Positions 58,471 through 64,000 of a DNA stretch of 64,000 nucleotides are shown here, in pieces. The stretch comes from the human T2T-CHM13v2.0 reference genome, Homo sapiens, in NCBI RefSeq assembly GCF_009914755.1, contig NC_060930.1, one strand, 5' to 3'. Below the pieces are notes generated by a model, which did no database searches, was not told the DNA's origin, and was given only the letters and a program-made list of their open reading frames with translations. Each line of letters starts with the position of its first letter. Position 1 is the first letter of the stretch. The position numbers and the translations under genes are program-made.

Positions 58471-61400
58471 CTGTAACAAAAGCAGGCAAGTCAGGAATGC
58501 CTCCCTCTGCCCCAGAACTCCCTTTGGTGGGAAGCCCAGGACCACACTAGATCTATCTCTTGAATCCTGAGTATATCAGTGGGCAAGAGGGCTTCATTGT
58601 GAAGATTTTCAAGCCCCAAGTTTCTCCCCAAATCTGGGAGGGTGGGATGCCAAGGGAGACCATTAGTGTCAAGTTTACAGCATTTAGGAAGAGGGTTTGG
58701 ACCCCAACTAGGTCCCAGTCCTTTCTCCACCCCATCATCCTAGGACCTCTCAGTGAGTGAGATGAATGGAAAGTCTGGGGAATTTGGCTGTGGGCCTGCA
58801 GAGGCCTCTTACCATGCCTGAAACTCTGCTGCTCAGGAATCGGCCACAGACACCAAGCCTGTTCCCTGGCAGGACAGACAACAGCAGCATAGTCTGCTTC
58901 CGGGGCTGGCTCAGAGCCCTTCCCTCACTCCCTTCCTTCAGAAGCCTCTGAAACCTCTTCACTACTGCAGACTCACCTTCCCCACTCCCACCACCAAACC
59001 TTTACCCCTTCCATCTCCCCAGCCTGCCGTAAATCTCCCCACCCACTTACTGCTTCCAGAGCTCCCTTCAACCCACCTCAGCGCTCAGCCTACCTCCCGA
59101 GACCCTTTCCCCACCTTCTCCAATGCCTTTCCTCCCATTGCATTGCCCTACCCTTTCTAATTCCTGTCTTTCTGCAGACTGCTCCCATTGAATCTCCTTC
59201 CCTCCCCTCCATCCCTCAGCCCTGGGAATTCTAGGATATGGGGGCCTTGAGACTTAAGCCCAGGCAAATCCATTTGTAGGGGGATTGGACCTAGACTCCT
59301 GGCCTCATCTGCACAACTGGTTGATACTGGAATGGTAGGGCCAGGCTGAGATAGGAAGATAGCCACCTACCTTGTTTCCTCTTGGCCATCACAGCAAACA
59401 GCACCACCGCTGCCACCAGCAGACCTACCAGGAGCACAGCACCCCAGATCAAGGGGATGCTGAGGAACAGAAAGGGATAGGCAGGCTTAGACCTGAAGCC
59501 TGTGGGGAGCTGCTGGCCAGGAGCCCTGGAGCAGTGACAGAAGGGTTACATTCTTGATTGGGAGAGGGAGATGAAATAGAATGAGGGGAGCTGACTGAGG
59601 TAGGGCAGAAGAGGGACTCATTAAGGTATCCTGGCTGAAGAATCACCAGCATGAAGGCACCATTGCTGACCCAGGACAGAGAAGTATGTATCTGTCTGTC
59701 TGTCTGTCCAGAAGTTCCCCAGAGGTGGGAAGAATCATAGGTTTTCCCCTTCGATTTAGTTTGGAGCTCTAAACAAGTCATTGTCTCCACCACCACCCTT
59801 CTCCTGGCCTCCCAAATCCAATCCTGTCAGTACCTCTTCTCATCCTGGCTGGGTTCCAAAGGGTTGGCACTGCCTGCAGGGTCTGAGAATGCGTTCTCAG
59901 CCAGACTGCCAATCTTATGGGTCTCTTCTTCTTCCTCTGTCAGGCCAGGAATGGAGTCAGAAGGAAACATTTAATGAGTGCATGCCCATATGGGCAGGCT
60001 TCAATATCCTGTTGAGGTCTGAGGGACTGGAGGAGTGGAGCCAAGGAAGGAGAGGACCCCAGGAAGAAACACAGAAAGGGGAGGCTGGGATGTTCTTTAG
60101 GGGCCTGTCACTCCACAGATCAGGAAATGGCACTGGCTCTTTATGTCTTTACCTGGTTGTGACTACACCCACTTTTCCCTCTACCACCAGCTCCCCCCAT
60201 CTTCCTGCTGCATTTCTTCCCTTTTACCTGCTCTACCCCTCACCCCTCTGGCCTTATCAAGCTGTTAAGTCTGTGTAAAAACACCTACTGGATGATCTGT
60301 ACCCACCTCTCCTTCCCACCCGAATAGGTTTCTGCAGTTCTCATCCTCAATGGTGACATAGCTCCTGGATCTCATGGGTCTTAAATGGGGCTTCCTCACA
60401 TACCTGTGACCCTGCAACCCTAGCCCAAGCTCTGCCCTCAGGACTGAAGAAAATCTGGGTGGGCCCTCATGTGATGCAACACAAACCAACTGACCCTTGC
60501 TGAGAGCCTTGCTGGGATCCTGAGACTCAGTTTGAGGACAAGGCTTCTGTCACCCATATGATGTGCTTGACTTCTGGCTGCAGGACTTGGGGTTGGTTTC
60601 TCTGGGCCTGGAGACTTGTCTTAGGAACCTGGCCAGTCCTTTCAGACCGACTGGAATGGGGCCTTGCCTTGTTCTTGAGAGATTCACCATTCCTACTCCC
60701 CATCCTATGCCACACCAGGAACTGGGGTTGCTGTGGCACATGTCCTGCCCTCCTGGTGCCTATTAGGCTGCCTTTGACCACCTTCTCTGAAGCTAAATGC
60801 TCACCTGAGCCGCAAGCCACATCATCTCTGGATGCTACGCGCCACCTGCCTGCCTGAACATCATCCTCCACAGCACCTGCCCCATGGCAGCAGGTCAGGG
60901 GCCCAGGTCCCTGCCTCCCTGACGCTCCTCCCAGGGAGTCTCATCTTGTCACAATTTGCCTTTTAGTGAGTTAGAACCTGAATTTAGTAACTCAAAGTGT
61001 CAAGGAATGAGGAGGGCAAAGGATGACAAGGATTAACAATATATTTATAATATAAAACAATAACCACAGGCTTGAGATGAGAAGGATTCTAATGACAACA
61101 TAGTCTACCCTCTTATTTAGAGGGAAAAAAAACAAGGGAAGGGGCCAGGGGTGGTGGCTTATACCTGCAATCCCAGCACTTTGGGAGGCCAAGGCGGGCA
61201 GATCACTTGAGGTCAGGAGTTCAAGACCAGCCTGGCCAACATGATAAAACCCCGTCTCTACTAAAAATACAAAAATTAGCTGGGCATGGTGGTGGGCACC
61301 TGTAGTCCCAGTTACTTGGGAGGCTGAGACACAAGAATCACTTGAACCCGAGAGGCCAAGGTTGCAGTGAGCCGATAGTGCCACTGCACTCCAGCTTGAG

Positions 61401-62840
61401 CAACAGAGTGAGACCCTGTCTCAAACAAAACAAAAAACAAGGGAAGGGAAAATGCTCTACTTAATTTTATTATTTGGGGGTTGGGCATAAAATATGAGAA
61501 AAGGAAGACCTAAAGGTGAAAAAATGGCCAGTATCCATAAAAGAAAAGGAGTGGCTGTCTGTGCTTCAGGTAGCTGACCATTTTTTATTTTTAGAACATC
61601 CTATCTTTCTTAAAAAAAAAAACCCAAGTTTTTAATATTTTAAAATTTTCTTTTAACAAATGCTTATATACTAGAAAAGTTATGGGCTGTGGGAATGAAA
61701 CCTGCAAAAACAGTGTCTTTAATACTGAAAATAGGGTCAAGAATATTGGCTTAAAATATTAATGACATTTTTCCATTTTTAAAACGAAAGGAGTTGAAGT
61801 TGTTCAGGCACTGAATGTACCTACTTGTAGGTGAGACATACTAGATGGCCTGTGAAGACTTATAAAATTAATTAAGGTATGAATTCCATAATTCTTAAGC
61901 CATCAAGCCCGCTATTACAGGAATAAAACACTGGAAGCTACAAAAATTAATTCTGGTTTTATACACTCAGATTCAACATTGTTTAAAATATTTCTAATTA
62001 AAAAATAAGTTAGCATCAAGTATGTTGAAAATGCTGGAAGAAGAGGCCAAGTCCCTGGAGTGGGAAGGACATGCCTTCCTGTGGGGAAGCGCAGTAGTGT
62101 GGAAGGGGGAAAGGGATGGTTTTCAGCTGATTTATCTCAGACTTCCCACCCAGTTTGGTTTCCGCTCCCTGCAGAGCTGTCAAGAGGATATCTCCTTGGA
62201 ATGCCTCCTCCCCAGGGGCCCCCACTCCTCAAGAACCCATGAGCCCTGGCAATAGGCGGGGGTGGGGAGGGTAGGTCTAAGGGGTGGTAGCTGGCCTAGG
62301 ATAACTCACCTGGGGGCAGTATGTTCAGAGAGACTCTGTGCAAAATCTGGGGCCCCCTGGCCCCATCCACCATGCAGCCATACTCGCCAGCATCCTCTTC
62401 CTGCAGGGTAACCATTTCCACCTGCAGCAGGCCCCCACCCAGGTCTGTGAGAAACGTACGCCTGCCCGCTGGAGCTCTGCGATCCACAGCTGAGGACACC
62501 AGGGGCTGGCACCCCTCCGGCAAGAACCGGCACCACACCTTCTGAGCTTTGACATCCTGGAGCCTGTAGTGGCACTGCACCAGAATGGAGCTTCCCACGG
62601 GTGCCTGCAGCACCTCAGGGAGGCTGCCAACTATGCCCTGACCTGGGGAAGGAAAGGAGGTGGGAATTTTGGGCAGGAGCTGGGAGCATCTCCCAGCCCA
62701 GCTGCTGGTATGGGTGTGGCATTCACAATAACACGTTACTCCTGGACATGGGGCTGAGCATATGGGGCCCAGAGCTGCAGCTCCTCCTGAACCTTACCTT
62801 CTAGTCCCAGGAGCAGCAGCAAGAGCAGGGTGAGGCCCAT
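58156..62840 (-). CDS. TREML1: Trem-like transcript 1 (TLT-1), platelet Ig-V receptor, 311 aa; exons 62840-62798, 62642-62310, 59936-59834, 59459-59371, 58865-58813, 58470-58156
   Basis: Exon lengths 43+333+103+89+53+315 = 936 nt; signal peptide [15 protein letters not shown], IgV domain, acidic stalk, TM helix and ITIM-bearing tail; all junctions GT-AG. Confidence 0.97.
58813..58865 (-). CDS. TREML1: TREML1 exon 5 (53 nt, skippable)
   Basis: [18 protein letters not shown]; ATG|gtaaga donor. Confidence 0.92.
59371..59459 (-). CDS. TREML1: TREML1 exon 4 (transmembrane)
   Basis: [29 protein letters not shown]; no charged residue in the TM helix. Confidence 0.95.
59834..59936 (-). CDS. TREML1: TREML1 exon 3 (stalk)
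   Basis: [34 protein letters not shown]; canonical splice sites. Confidence 0.93.
61143..61431 (+). mobile_element. Alu (AluS-like) in TREML1 intron 2 with TSD AAAAAACAAGGGAAGGG
   Basis: Full dimer; direct repeats on both sides. Confidence 0.9.
62310..62642 (-). CDS. TREML1: TREML1 exon 2 (Ig V-type domain)
   Basis: [34 protein letters not shown]; phase 1/1, 333 nt. Confidence 0.97.
62798..62840 (-). CDS. TREML1: TREML1 exon 1 (signal peptide)
   Basis: gccATGGGCCTCACCCTG...GAAG|gtaagg on the - strand. Confidence 0.95.
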
Positions 62841-63924
62841 GGCTGGGCAGAGAAATGTCAACTCCTGGGCTTGCCTGGGCACTGATGCAGCATTCGCCTG
62901 AGGGCAGGAAACATCTGCCTCAGAAAGTCACTTGGGGTGGGAGAAAGGAAATGATGGGCACCTCCAGGGGTGGGGAAAGGGAGTTCTTCCAAGCCCTGGT
63001 TGGCTCAGTGCTCAGGAACTGCCCTGAGGGTAAGGGTGGGCAAGACAGGATGAGAAGACCCGAAGAAAGCTAGAAGCCTGCAGGGGCTGGGGCCCGGCTA
63101 AGGGGTGAGATGGGAGGATTGTGACAATTGGAGGACAGGAGAGGAAGAGGAAAGATGATCTTCAGGATCTTCCTAATACAGAATCTGAGGGTGCACAGCT
63201 ATGAAGGAGGAAGGTAGAGTGCCCTGCACCTCACTCAATGCCATTCTTGCTCTCAATTCTTTGGGAGTGCCCCACGACCACCCAAGCTTTTAGGAGGTTG
63301 TATGCAGTACAACCTCAAACAGGAAGTTTCACCTTGATCCTGTGCCCTGGACTGGGTCTTTCTTCATTTATTGTCCTGGACACTATAGAACCCTTCCATC
63401 TGGATCCACATTCTTCAGTTCTGGGAAACAAATTCTTACTTTGATAATTACATGTCCATTTTCTTCTCCCCTTCCATTTTTCTGCAATTCCTTAACTAGT
63501 TGGTTATTGAATGTCGTGTGTTCATCTCATTTTCATATCTTTTCTATCTCATTTTCCATCTTTTTGTCTCTTTTGTTCTGCCTTCAAGGAGATTTCCTCA
63601 TTTTCTTCCATCCTTCTATTTTTGTCTTTTAAAATGTTATTTTTTAATATTTTTAATTTACAAGACAAGATATTCCTTATTCTTTGAGCATTTTTAAATT
63701 CTGGCATACTATTTTTGTTTCATGAATGCTCTATCTTCTCTGTTGGAAGACAATTCTTCACAAATATTTTCACATTGCTGCATGTTCTAGTCCTTCTGTG
63801 CAAAGGGTATTGGCCAAGTTTTGCTGAAGGGTGATTGAATAGCAAACATACCTTGAGTGCAACGTCCAGAGATTTGCTCGCATTCTTCCTCTTCTTCACC
63901 GGAGATTTACATTCCAGAGTAAAC

Positions 63925-63927
<3 letters not shown>

Positions 63928-63978
<51 letters not shown>
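63928..63978. repeat. (CT)n microsatellite about 1.1 kb upstream of the TREML1 ATG
   Basis: About 25 CT units. Confidence 0.97.
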
Positions 63979-63979
<1 letters not shown>

Positions 63980-64000
63980 GAGAGGAAGATATACCAGATT

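Noticed and set aside
62880-63100. Possible ETS (CAGGAA) and E-box motifs upstream of the TREML1 ATG
   Set aside because: Short motifs with no TSS evidence in the sequence; not enough to call specific sites

Overview
This is human genomic DNA. The gene order NFYA - ADCY10P1 - TREML1 is what I recognise as chr6p21.1. It contains: (1) the last four coding exons and long 3'UTR of NFYA on the + strand; (2) a CpG-island promoter with three CCAAT boxes in or next to that 3'UTR; (3) a ~40 kb unprocessed pseudogene paralog of soluble adenylyl cyclase (ADCY10P1, + strand), in which I could reconstruct 28 exons against the ADCY10 exon structure; (4) the complete 6-exon TREML1/TLT-1 gene on the - strand (311 aa); and (5) many Alu, L1, L2, LTR and DNA-transposon repeats. 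The most interesting items are as follows. The sAC paralog has lost most of its catalytic and bicarbonate-sensing residues yet keeps an intact P-loop and a latent ORF of about 690-860 aa, so it may descend from a pseudo-cyclase STAND-type protein. Its NF-Y-type promoter and a spliceable intron lie inside the probable long NFYA 3'UTR, suggesting possible autoregulation. A pre-Ta L1HS 3' end is inserted in perfect register into an older L1. There is also an AluYa5 and an in-frame candidate cassette exon in the TREML1 stalk. ADCY10 residue numbers, exon sizes and repeat subfamily diagnostics are from memory and were not checked by alignment. No CRISPR arrays or RNA genes were seen.
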